A stretch of 64,000 nt of DNA from the human T2T-CHM13v2.0 reference genome, Homo sapiens. A program made the position numbers and the translations under genes. The stretch lies in NCBI RefSeq assembly GCF_009914755.1, contig NC_060926.1; one strand, given 5' to 3'. The notes beneath the pieces are model-generated. The model was not told where the DNA came from, did not search any database, and was given only the letters and a program-made list of their open reading frames with translations. Below, in pieces: positions 17,280 to 29,450 of the stretch; positions within the stretch are counted from its first letter, which is position 1, and every line of letters starts with the position of its first letter.

Positions 17280-19575
17280 TATATTAGTTCATTTTCATGC
17301 TGGTGATAAAGCACACCCAAGACTGGGTAATTTATGATGAAAAAGAGGCTTAATAGACTCACAGCTCCATGTGGCTGGGGCAGCCCCACTATCATGGCAG
17401 AAGGTGAAAGGCATGTCTTACACGGCAGCAGACAAAAGAGAATGAGAGCCAAGCAAAAGAGGTTTCCCCTTATAAAACCACCAGATCTTGTGAGACTTAT
17501 TCACTACTACAAGAATAGTACGGGAGAAACCACCCCTATAATTCAATTATTACCCACCAGATACCTCCCCCACAACACATGGGAATTATGGAAGCTATAA
17601 TTCAAGAAGACATTTGGTTGGGGCCCAGCCAAACCATATTATTCCACCCCTAGCCCCTCCCAAATCTCATGTCCTCACATTTCAAAACCAATCATGCCTT
17701 CCCAACAGTCCCCCAAGTCTTAACTCATTTCAGCATTAACTCAAAAGTCCACAGTCTAAAGTCTCACCTAAGACCAGGCAAGTCCCTTCTGCCTATGAGC
17801 CTCTAAAATAAAAAACAAGTTAGTTACTTCCTAGATGCAATGGTGGTACAAATGTTAGATGAATACACCCACTCCAAATGGGAGAAATTGGCCAAAATGA
17901 AGGGGCTAAAGGCCTCTTGGAAGTCCAAAATACAGGGGGCAGTCAAATCTTAACATTCCAAAATGATGTCCTTTGACTCCCAGTCTCACACTCAGGTCAC
18001 ACTGATGCAAAAGGTAGATCCCCATGGTCTTGGGCAGCTTTGCTCTTGTGGCTTTGTAGGGTACGGCCACCCTCCTGGCTGCTTAAAAGCTATAAATGGG
18101 CTGGCGTTGAGTGTCTGTGGCTTTTCTGGGAGCACAGTGCCAGTTGTCAGTGGATCTACCATTCTGGGGTCTGAAGGATGGTGGCCTTTTTCTCACAGCT
18201 ACCCTAGGCAGTGCCACAGTGAGGACTCTGTGCAGGGTCTTCAGTCCCCCATTTCCCTTCCGCACTGCCTCAGCAGAGGTTCTCCATGAGGCCCCACACT
18301 TGCAGCAAACTTCTGCCTAGACATCCAGGCATTTTCATACATCCTCTAATATCTAGGTGGAGGTTCCCAAACCTCAATTCTTGACTTCTGTGCACCTGCA
18401 GTCTCAATATTATATGGAAGCTGCCAAGGCTTGGGGCTTGCTTACAGCCTCAGAAGCCACAGTCCAAGATGTACCTTGGCCCCTTTTAGCCATGGCTAGA
18501 GAGCTGGGAAGCAGGGCACTAAGTTTTTAGGCTGCATATAACAGGGGGGCCCCCATGAAACCATTTTTTCCTTCTAGGCCTGTAGCCCTGAGGGGCTGCT
18601 GCAAAGGTCTCTGACATGCCCTGGAGACATTTTCCCCATTGTCTTGGTGATTAATATTTGACTCTTCATTAATTATGCAAATTTCTGCAGCCAGCTTGAA
18701 TTTTTCCTCAAAAAATGGGTTTTTCTTTTCTATTGCATTGTCAGACTGCAAATTTTCTGAACTTTAATGCTCTGTTTCCCTTTTAAAACTGAATACTTTT
18801 AACAGCACCCAAATCACCTGTTGAATCCTTTGCTGCTTAGAAATTTCTTCCACCAGATACTATAAATCATCTCCCCCAAGTTCAAAGTTCCACAAATCTC
18901 TAGGGCTGGAGCAAAATGCCACATCTCTTTGCTGAAATGTAACAAGAGGCACCTTTACTCCATTTCACAACAAGTTCCTCATCTCCATCTGAGACCACCT
19001 CAGCCTGGATTTTATTGTCCATATTGCTATCAGCAATTTGGTCAAAGCCATTCAACAAGTCTCTAGAAAGTTCCAAACTTTCCCACATTTTCCTGTCTTA
19101 TTCTGAGCCCTCCAAACTGTTCCAACCTCTACCTGTTACCTAGTTCCAAAGTTGCTTCCACATTTTTGGACATCTTTCCAGCAACACCTCACTCTACTGA
19201 CACCAGTTTACTATATTAGTCTGTTTTCATGCTGCTGATAAAGACAAACTCAAGACGGTAATTTATTTATAAAAAAAAAAAAAAGGTTTAATTCCACAGT
19301 TCCACGTGGCTGGTGAGGCCTCCGCATCATGGTGGAAGGTGAAAGGGATGTCTTATACGGTGGCAGACAAGAGATAATGAGAGCCAAGTTAAAAAGTTTT
19401 CCCCTTATAAAACCATTTGATCTTGTGAGATTTATTCACTACCACAAGAACAGTATGGGGGAAACTGCCCCCATGATTCAATTATCACTCACGAGGTCCC
19501 TCCCACAACATATGGGAATTATGGGAGCTACAATTCAAGATGAGATTTGGGTGGGGACACAGCAAAACCTTATCA
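17280..19575 (-). mobile_element. Full-length THE1 (THE1B-like) MaLR element: LTR (17280-17641), internal region, LTR (19212-19575)
   Basis: Two ~360-bp direct LTRs flank ~1.57 kb of THE1-int. Internal ORF remnants MWESLELSRDLLNGFDQ...AEVVSDGDEEL (18900-19088) and 18527-18751. Confidence 0.96.
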
Positions 19576-19645
19576 GGAAGGAAAGAAGGAAGGGAGGGAG
19601 GGAGGGAGGGAGGGAGGGAGGGAGGCAGGGAGACGGGTAAGGAAG
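19576..19645. repeat. (GGAA)n/(GGGA)n purine tract
   Basis: ggaaggaaagaaggaagggagggagggaggg... Confidence 0.9.
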
Positions 19646-19979
19646 AAGCCTCTGCTGGGAACATCAAGACCATATTCCAGTCTAATCAACCAAGACAACC
19701 AGATTTACTGGGGAACTGACAGGCTGTCTTGCTGTCATCAGCAAATTTGTCTGCTGGGCATTAGCTTCTCTCCTAGGGAAACTCCATGTCCCTTTTGAGT
19801 TCAAGATCCGCATAATAGATCCTTACATTCTAAAGAGACAAGATTTACACACATAGCACCGAATGTAATTTACACAAATACTGTGTTGATTTCTTTCTAG
19901 TTTCCTGTAAATCCCAGTTTTTTTTCTAAGTGGAATGTCATAGAAAGAAAAGAAGAGAGAACACATTAAAAATTGAATT

Positions 19980-19983
<4 letters not shown>

Positions 19984-20022
<39 letters not shown>
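19984..20022. repeat. (TG)n microsatellite
   Basis: ~19 perfect TG units. Confidence 0.97.
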
Positions 20023-20023
<1 letters not shown>

Positions 20024-20059
20024 ATGCATATGCACAGGTGTTTTTACTTTTTATTTCCA

Positions 20060-20325
20060 CGATGTTGTGTAAAACAATAGTTAAAAGATGCAGATTCTGA
20101 AGCCAGACTGCTTGGGTTCAAATTACAACACAATTATTTCTGAACTTTATTACCTTGGGTGGGAAAATCACTTAAACTTTTTTTTGTCTCAGTTTTCTTT
20201 TATTTTATCAGTTAAGCTAGGATAATAATATTACTCACCTCCAAAGATCATAAGAATTAATTTCTGTTAAGTCTAAAGACCACTTATTGAGAATGCTGTA
20301 AATTCTCAATAAGTCATGACTATTA
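20060..20325 (+). mobile_element. MIR SINE
   Basis: attctgaagccagactgcttgggttcaaat...accttggg...tcacttaaac...tctcagttt. Confidence 0.8.
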
Positions 20326-21337
20326 CAGTGGTTATTTCAAAGAAAAAATAGAAATAGAATGTATGATGATTTGGAGAAATCCAGGGCAGCTTAACTTCAA
20401 CGAGTATAAAAATATCCTGATACTATCTTCCACTATACAGATAGAAATATTTAACTCTAGATTTAATTATACTGTAGACTGTAGAGAGACAAGGAAAGAT
20501 TAGGAATAAAGATAAATGAATAGGTTAGAGATATCTTTTTCTGCCCTTTTCTTCTTTCAAAACTTACCCCAAAACTACAGGAAAAACAAGAAGGCAAAAT
20601 AAAAACTTGAATCTTTCTAAATTAGAAGACATCTTTAACCCATTAATCTACAATATCTCATGACACAGAGAGACAGAGTGGGAAAGAGTAACTGATTCAG
20701 ATGAGTGGGAGCAAGTCAAATCTAAGAGCTTGAAATTAGGCCCACATGGGAATGCTTTCTCAGTTTGCAGGTTCCAAAAGGCTTTTGAACTGATGAGGGA
20801 GATTAGTCTAGACTTGAAAACTGAGACGATTATGTGAATTTAGAATTAGGACTAATTGAACTAAATTTCTCACACTGAATTACTGTAACAATCAATTGAG
20901 CATCAATGTGTCAAATAATGTATTCTGTTTCAGTGAGCTATATGTCTATCTTCTTGTCAATATCATATTCTTTTGATTACTCTAGCTTAAAATGTAGTAT
21001 TCTAAGTGTAAAATGTCTTGAAATGTATTCTAAGGACTCCATTTTGTTCTTTTTTCAAAATTATGTTGCCTATACTAGATCATTTGCTTTTTAGAACTGT
21101 TTCATCAATTTTTACATAAAAATAAAACCCTCATGGGGAATAATAGGGATTATATTGAATCGTCAGATAACTTACATCTTAAGAATGTTGATTTTTTTGA
21201 TAGATGAATATAGTATCTTTCTCTATTTAGCTCTTTTTAAATTTCTCCCGACAAATTAATGTAATTTTCAGACTTAAATATATTTTGTTACCTTTAGATC
21301 TTACATATATTTTGTTATATTTATCCTTAAGTATTGA

Positions 21338-21691
<354 letters not shown>

Positions 21692-21949
21692 TAACTGTTA
21701 CCCTAAAAGTACCTAATACTAATTTTAGTATTTGAATTTTTGTGCATTCTATAGGCTCTTCTATATGTTCAATCATATCATCAGTTCTAGTTCCGTTGCT
21801 ATCTGCATATCTTTTGTATTTTTTTTACCCAATTTCATCGCATTGACTAGGACTTCTGGTAAAATGTTGGATAAAAGTAGTAAGACTAATCATCTTTTTT
21901 GTTCCTGAATTTAAAGTAGAAGCTTTCAGTTTTTTATCATTAGCTATAG

Positions 21950-22262
<313 letters not shown>

Positions 22263-23669
22263 ATAAACTATCTTTTTTTAGATTGAGAAACTTTTCTTGA
22301 ATTCTTAGTTTGCTGCAAGTTGTTATTATGACTGTGTGCTGAATTTTGTGAAATTTCTTTTTTGTACATAATTATATGCTCTTTTTATGCTTTTAATCTG
22401 TTATATAGTAAAATAATTAAATGAGTTGTGAATGTTAAATCTACCTTGCATTCCTGACATAAGCCAACACATTTAAAAATTTACATTGTTGGTTACTGGA
22501 TTTCCTTGCATATTTAAAAAAAGTATTTGCTTCTCTTCTGTCACACAGTTAAGTTCTTGGAGTAAGGTGGATTCTTTTGATGCTTGATTTTGAGTTTTTA
22601 GGGCAAGCCCAGAGAAGTCTTCAGTCCATAACTAATTTTGCCCCACTGACAAGGTGAAATTCTGATGATTCTGTTCCTTCCATTTACAAATATTCTATTG
22701 TTCCAATTACAAATTGCTTTTCTCTGCTAGCTTGTGAGATCATTATCTATTTTCCAACTAGTGTCTGTCTACTCCCTTCTAGTGGTTCTTTCTGCATGTA
22801 CTATTCACATAACAGCTTATATCAGTACTCAGACGAAGACATGAAAGGACCTTTCTGTAGAATATGATGATTTGCGAGATTTGATAGCTTAGATTAGGAC
22901 AAAGTAGCATAAGGTATCAGGCTGAAAAATAAAAAAGACTTATATTTGGAAAGGTTATATATTTAATTCCATTTTATGCTAATTGTAAATATGTATTTAA
23001 CTTCTAGGTAGACTTTCCTGGTTAATATCAAAAGACCACAATACCATGTAATGACTAAGAATCAATTATTATTTGAAGTCATTATCAATAATGTATTGTC
23101 CTCCATCAGATATATAAACAAATATTTATTCCAACCTAATAATTTTTCAGATTTGATTTTAATGATACTAGAATATCTTGATATGATTACACTAAAAATT
23201 ACTGTTGTGTACATGAATAATTTTTCTCATTACATTTAAGAAAAATATTCTCTTTCCCAGAAGAAGATTTGAAATAATTCAGTAAGCTATAGGAATTTTC
23301 AATATATGCTAGCCAATTCTCATAATGCTAACTGACATTAATTGAGCTCTTACTCTGTGCAAAGGACTTGGCACATATTATTGTGTTGAGATGGAAAGAC
23401 TCTTGGAGTTGATACAAACTACTTGTCAATTTCTTTTTGCCAATAAAAAAATTCACACACATTTTCTAAGCATTTGTTTACTTACCTACAAAGTGGGAGA
23501 AATGACATTCCAGACAATCTGACCAGATACAACATGTAAAAACCCCTTTAAAACCTTATGGTACAATATTATCCTTAAGGATGTCATTGTGATATGCATA
23601 TTCCCTTTGACATTCAAAATATATTCAATGATATTTTTCATTACTTCATAACATATTATTCGTATATAT

Positions 23670-23706
23670 TTCTTTATATGTTTGTGTATGTGTATGTACA
23701 TATATA

Positions 23707-23743
<37 letters not shown>

Positions 23744-23755
23744 TTGTTTGTGTAT
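23670..23755. repeat. (TG)n/(TA)n compound microsatellite at an Alu tail
   Basis: tatatatgtgtgtgtgtgtatatatatata... Confidence 0.9.
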
Positions 23756-23999
23756 ATTTTTTGGAGACAGTATCTTATTCTGTCACCAAGGCTAATGTGT
23801 AGTGGTACAATCAGAGCTTACTGCAGCCTCCAACTCCTGAGATCAAGCAATGTTCATAGCTCAGTCTCCTAAGTAGCTAGGAGTACAGGTGCATGCCACC
23901 ACACCCAACTAATTAAAAAAGAAATTGTAGAAATACAGTCTTGCCATGTTGCTCAGGCTGATCTTGAACTCCTGGCCTCAAGTAGTCCTGCAGCCTCAG
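23756..23999 (-). mobile_element. AluJ, 5'-truncated
   Basis: AluJ diagnostics (gcttactgcagcctccaactcctg...tcaagcaat, ttgctcaggctgatcttgaactcctggcctcaag). Confidence 0.88.
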
Positions 24000-25671
24000 T
24001 ATAATTTCTTAACATATACTTCCAACTGGTTTTTAAGAATAGAAACAATAGCCAGCCTTTTCTCGAAGACTGACTTTTATGTAAACTCCTCCTTTCATAT
24101 ATAGACATTCATGCACATTGTATTACTCATAATTGTACCAGAATTCAATAAATATGAGGTTAGATCTCATTTTAATGTGATAACAGTCATAATTTGTCCA
24201 TTTTGCACTTAGCAGTTTGCTCTTGTTCCAGTCTCCAAAACTCATATTTAAAAATATTGTTTAGCTAAATTAAATAGAATTTCCATTTTTTCAAACATTT
24301 CTTGTGTGCCAGCAGTAGAATGACAGAGTGTCTTTCATTGCTCAAAAAATTACCTTAAATTCAAAGATCAACCCCCATGAGCTCAATTTTATCAAAGAAG
24401 AAATATCTTGTCAAATACTGTCCCAACCAACGTATTCAGTAGCTTTCAAAGTATGTTTGACATTGAGGACTGAAAAACAACATAGGAGTCAGAGAAACGA
24501 ACATCGATGGCCTGTCAAATTTTTTGTAGACATGATGCTATTATCAAGGCACATCAGGATAAAATAAAATGACCTAGCTGACCACAGGCTTACAAATGTC
24601 CTGTGAAGGAAAGAAAAACGGTGAATCAAAAGGTAGCTTTGTTGCATGTCCCCCCAGGCCTTTTTATTGACAAGAACGACAATGGTCCCAAGATGCACCA
24701 TTATCTATGACCAGCAAGCAGACATCAAATGCTCCTGAGCTGTATCTGTCAGAATAGAAAATTCTGCTCAAAACAGACAGGGCTTGTTACATTTTGTTCG
24801 GCTAAGGTTTGTCAAAAGCCAGGGTCACTTGTATTGCTCTGCCCTGAAGGGGAATTGTAAAAGGAGAGAAGTACATGATTTCTCAATGTTTCTTCTGCAA
24901 AGAGACTTTGAGTCTGGTTGACCAAATGTTTTGAAAGTCAAGTCATGACTCAAAGGAAGTAGAAAGCAAAGTTAATAGTCTGTCATTTATCTACTTAGAA
25001 ATGAGGTTCACATGCTAAAAGGTTAGAGTTTTAGTAGATTTCTACATTTAGGAAAAATTTTTTGCTATGTGTGATTTGTTTTTACAAATTAAAAAAGGAA
25101 AATACTACGGCCATTGAAATTGGAGGGAACAAGTTAATGTGTTCTGGCCAAGTATTATGTGCTATGGCATTATGGAGTTTATTACAGTCTGAAATATTTA
25201 CACTGGTAAGATATTTCTCTAATTTGCTTCTTTTTGACTAAAGAGAGATTTTATACACAAATGTCCAGCCTCTGACAATTAAGTAAACTCACTAACTTGT
25301 GGAAACATCTGTTAACCACTCACGAGAAAATGCAATTTGATAGTATTTCTGTAATTGATTCCTTAAAAAAAAAACACCCACACACACACAATTTTTTTCT
25401 CCTTTAATAAATTTGAGGGCAAAAATTAAGCCATCACAAAGACAGCATTTGTGAACAAAGGGATTATTTTTCCCTTCTTTCCTTCCCTTATCTTTTACCC
25501 CCTCCACTCCTGTCCCCTCTGCTCTTCTCTTTACTGTTGTACTTCTCAATTTGTAGCTTAGCATTCTTTCCTATGCATAGAGACAAATCCAATTCTGATC
25601 AAACTTGTTATAAGTTGTCTTGCAAAAAATGTTATCACATTTGGTAATCCTACACTTTTGTAATTTAAAAA

Positions 25672-26100
25672 CATAGAGTTTGCAAACTCATGGTCATGAT
25701 TGTTTTGTTTGTCCCACATAATCTTTTTCCAAAGTCTATTTTACTTACCGTCTTTAAAAAATAAGAGAGTTCAGAAGATAATTTTAAATTCCAGATTTCT
25801 AGGAAAAAAAGAGGGAGAGGGGCTAATTTGACAGTGCACAGTTTGAATTTCTACTTAGCAATATTCTTCCAAAGCACAGGGGCTAAGTGTTACAGCTCTT
25901 TTAGAATTTGTTTAGCAGGCTTTCTGGTTTTTACTGGAAAGCCCCTTAAAACACAACAAACAAACAATCAAACAAGAAAAAACCACAGAGGCTGTTGAAC
26001 CTTTTAGTCAGAACATATAATCTCCAATGTATCATAGTTTCCACAAGGTTTACTTCTCTTGCTCATCCCTAGGGGTTTGAACTGTGAGTTCTGCTCAAAT
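25672..26100. mobile_element. Old hAT-type non-autonomous DNA element (MER102-like), interrupted by the U7 retrocopy
   Basis: Begins catagagtttgcaaactcatgg and contains aattccagatttctagg. Matched from memory only. Confidence 0.4.
25885..25946 (+). pseudogene. U7 snRNA processed pseudogene (RNU7-type)
   Basis: aagtgttacagctcttttagaatttgtttagcaggctttctggtttttactggaaagcccct is full-length U7 with few substitutions. A-rich tail at 25947-25980. TSD aaagcacaggggct (25871-25884) / aaaccacagaggct (25980-25993). Confidence 0.95.
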
Positions 26101-26189
26101 TCAATTAATGAATTAAACTGATCAACTATTTTTCTTATCAATATAACTGTATAATTCTAGCTAATAATTTACTGTTCAGAATATAATTA

Positions 26190-26345
26190 CTCAATTGTTT
26201 CATGAGTGGGAATTCCATCTCCATCACTAGACTGTGAGCTTTGCCAGGAGGTAGAGCATATTTTAGACATTGTTTACTGTTCACACTCCTGCAGTAGTGC
26301 CTGGTACAGTGTGATGTTCAATGAGTGCTTACGCAGAAAGAAAAG
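26190..26345 (+). mobile_element. L2 3' end
   Basis: cactagactgtgagcttt...gtgcctggtacagtgtgatgttcaatgagt. Confidence 0.75.
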
Positions 26346-26575
26346 AAGATAGGAAGGAAAAAGAAAGGAAGGTAACATTTTGAATTAAAAAATGAATCTT
26401 TCATTGTTTCCATTTCCAACAGTACCAATCATGCTGTGGACACTTAAATAAGAATCTTCGCTCAACTGGCCAAACAGAAAAAAAAACATGGGCTTTAGAA
26501 TTATGTATCACCTTGCCAACATTACAGTGAAGCTCACATGAGATCCTGTAAGTATTTGTCCAATTAATTCTAGAA

Positions 26576-26757
26576 AAGCTTCAGGATAATGATTGGTAAC
26601 ACACGTTTTTCTTGATGGTACTTTATTTCCAATAATGTGCCAGGTCATCCATCAGACTTAACCATTAAGCTTCAGGATAATGATTGGTAACACACGTTTT
26701 TCTTGATGGTACTTTATTTCCAATAATGTGCCAGGTCATCCATCAGACTTAACCATT
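26576..26757. repeat. Perfect 2 x 91-bp tandem duplication
   Basis: 26576-26666 is identical to 26667-26757 (aagcttcaggataatg...cagacttaaccatt). Confidence 0.98.
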
Positions 26758-26924
26758 TCTCAAGTGTACTGCAAAAAATACTATCCCACCCTAACGTTAA
26801 GGAAGGAAAATGTTTCTGTGGTGAAATAAAAATTCCTCATGACTTAGTATACCTTTTAATTACTGATGACTTTTAAAATTTCTATACCCAATATTTCATT
26901 CCTCTCTATTTCTAGAATAAAAAC

Positions 26925-27110
26925 TACTAAATTTAGAGTCAGCAGCCCTTCGGTTCAAGTCCTAAATCTGCCATTTATTAGCAGTACAGTAATATAGTCA
27001 ACAATCACTTAACCCTGTTATACCTCATTATTTCTATCAGTAAAATGGACTCAAAAACACTTATATCACATTATTATAAAAGCTCAATTACAAGTACCAT
27101 GCAAAAAAAG
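26925..27110 (+). mobile_element. MIR SINE
   Basis: ttagagtcagcagcccttcggttcaagtcctaaatctgccatttattagc...tcacttaacc. Confidence 0.75.
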
Positions 27111-27649
27111 TAAACAAGTTTTTAAAAAATCTATAGATATTACTTAAATAAGAAACATAAAATTTGAGAGCAAGCTCCTGCCTTTATAATAAATTATACA
27201 ATTGAATCTTTTCTGTCTCACCCAACTTGACAATGACAATTGATTTAACCAGCCAATTAATCTGATTACCAATTTGACTGAATTAGCAATTAATTCCGTA
27301 ACAGAGTCAAACAATTGATCAGTTCGTGTTAGCAGAGAAATTCAAAGTATTAAAAATGGTGGTTAAGGATAAACTACAGTAATTTTCTCATTAATTTATT
27401 TCTAATTTGAGACTTCTTGTGCTTAAGTAAAATTGTACTGTGTCCCTGATAAAGTACAAAAGTTCCTCTGGGTACACAGAAATTCTAATGACATAATAGC
27501 AACCTTGTCCAATAGTCTCAGTAATGATTTCTCTCACTTTACCCTGACACACCTTTGAAATTTCTATTCAATTCTTTTGAGCAAAATTAGATAACTGACT
27601 CTATGAAACTTTTAAAGACCTTTCCAGTGGAACACTCTCTTCACATTAC

Positions 27650-27830
27650 TCTATTCATTATTACAGTCTTTTATTGATTACACCCTAATTATCTGTTTAT
27701 GTGGTCACCTATGATAAAATTGTGAGCACATTAAACACAGACTGTGTGGTCTTCATGTTGGAACCAAAAATCTAGCATAGCGTCTGAATTTTTCCTGGAT
27801 TCAGTAAACATTTGTTTAAAAAGGAATGTA
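27650..27830 (+). mobile_element. L2 3' end
   Basis: ttgtgagcac...ctagcatagcgtctg...tcagtaaacatttgtt. Confidence 0.6.
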
Positions 27831-28177
27831 AGAGTTATTGCACTACTAATCAACAGATAAAATCAATTTCTGAACAAACAGAGGAAATAGAATACATGAA
27901 GGAGGATGATGTGTTGGGGCTTTAATTGAGTTCTCTTCCCTTCTCTCCATTCAATGTCCTCTTAGAGCGTCTTAGAGTGTCCTACTTAGAGAGTATTTAG
28001 AGAGTACATTTCCCTTCTGCCTACCTTAGAGATAGTTAATTCTTTAATGTATTTTCCTCAGAAATACTTGAAACTAGAAGAGGCTGAGAGCTAGGATTTA
28101 GATGATGTGAATATAGACTGCTCGAATAGAGGCTATAGCAAAGCTGGGAATCACACCAACAAATGGTTGCACACTAT

Positions 28178-28604
28178 TGAAACTGGCCCAATTGTCTCAT
28201 ACAAATAATATTTATGGTTTTTTGAATAGACATAGAAATTGACCTTCCCTTGTTTTAAAACTTGAAACTTACATTTGTCTCATCTGACTTCCTCAGGAAA
28301 CTGCCCTCAGTGAAGAAACTAAAGCTCATCAGATTACCGTGTCCAGAAAGTGAGACACCAGCTCCCCCTATCCATCATGACTGCTTCCTTACCACTCCCT
28401 AATTCCTGTTTTTCCACCTTTCCTGCCATATAAACCCCACCATTTTAGTTGGGTAGAAGATGGATTTGCTACTTTATCTCCTGTTATCTTTGGCTGCAGC
28501 ACCAGATTAAAGCCTTCTTCCCTGACAATACTCCTTGTCTCAGTGATTGGCATTCATGCCACAAGCAGCAGGACCTATACTGAACCCCTGGAGTTTTGGT
28601 GACA
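28178..28604 (+). mobile_element. ERV1 solo LTR (LTR26-like)
   Basis: tgaaactggcccaattgtc...ttggtgaca; TATA (tataaa ~28429) and ATTAAA (~28506); 4-bp TSD ctat/ttat. Confidence 0.82.
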
Positions 28605-29274
28605 TTATGATTACCAGGATAAGAGACAGCAGCTACTAATGAAACATAAATCAGTGTGGCCGAGGATGTCATGCAAAGAAATGGTCCTTTGCTCAATCCA
28701 GGTGAAAGGTAAGCTTCTAGAAACTTAACTTAACTGCCCAAAGGGAGAATGGAGGAAGGAGACAGAAAGAATATTTGATTGGTTGAGTTTAAAAATCTCA
28801 ATAAACTAATTTAATAGTAGGAGTGATTTCATAAACCTGAATTAAAAGTTGAAAATTTTCAGCTTCTCATTGAAATGAGAATGTCAAGAAAACCTTCGCC
28901 TACATATAGATAAAGTTATATCTCTTTTTGTACTCAGGCCTGTGTATTACTAAGACTACACTATTTAAATTGACTACTATACTTTGTGTATAGTTTGGAC
29001 TTGAAAGGAATTTGATGAGGTTTTGAGAATAATAGCAATAGATATTTGGTAGAAAATAACAATAGTTTTCACTAACTCAGACAATCTAGCCTACATTATT
29101 CTCTTAAGAATTGATTAATTGTGCTGTTTTATCATTCATGATTAAAAATTATAATGTGATAATAATTACTGTTAATATGGCGTGTTTTTGTTTGGGGTAT
29201 TTTTGAGGAAACAAATTCTTTGCATTTGGTTTATTTAAAAATTCACATATATCTCAAGTCTACACTTAGATTGA

Positions 29275-29450
29275 GTAACTTGAAAACGGCATGCCTTGAG
29301 CAAGTTGGTCAACAGGTCTGAGCTACCTTGCTTCTTTAGTTTGTGTGTTGGGGATAAGTATATTTGTCCTAGCTTTCTGAATCACTGAAAGGCTCAAAAG
29401 TATTAATATATGGAAAAGTGCATTGAAAACAAAAAAGCTCTACAAGTTAT
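29275..29450 (+). mobile_element. MIR fragment
   Basis: ccttgagcaagttggtcaacaggtctgagc...atggaaaagtgcattgaaaac. Confidence 0.55.

Noticed and set aside
27958-28030. Repeated cttagag/ttagag words, telomere- or CRISPR-like
   Set aside because: Short degenerate local slippage; not TTAGGG and no regular repeat-spacer structure.
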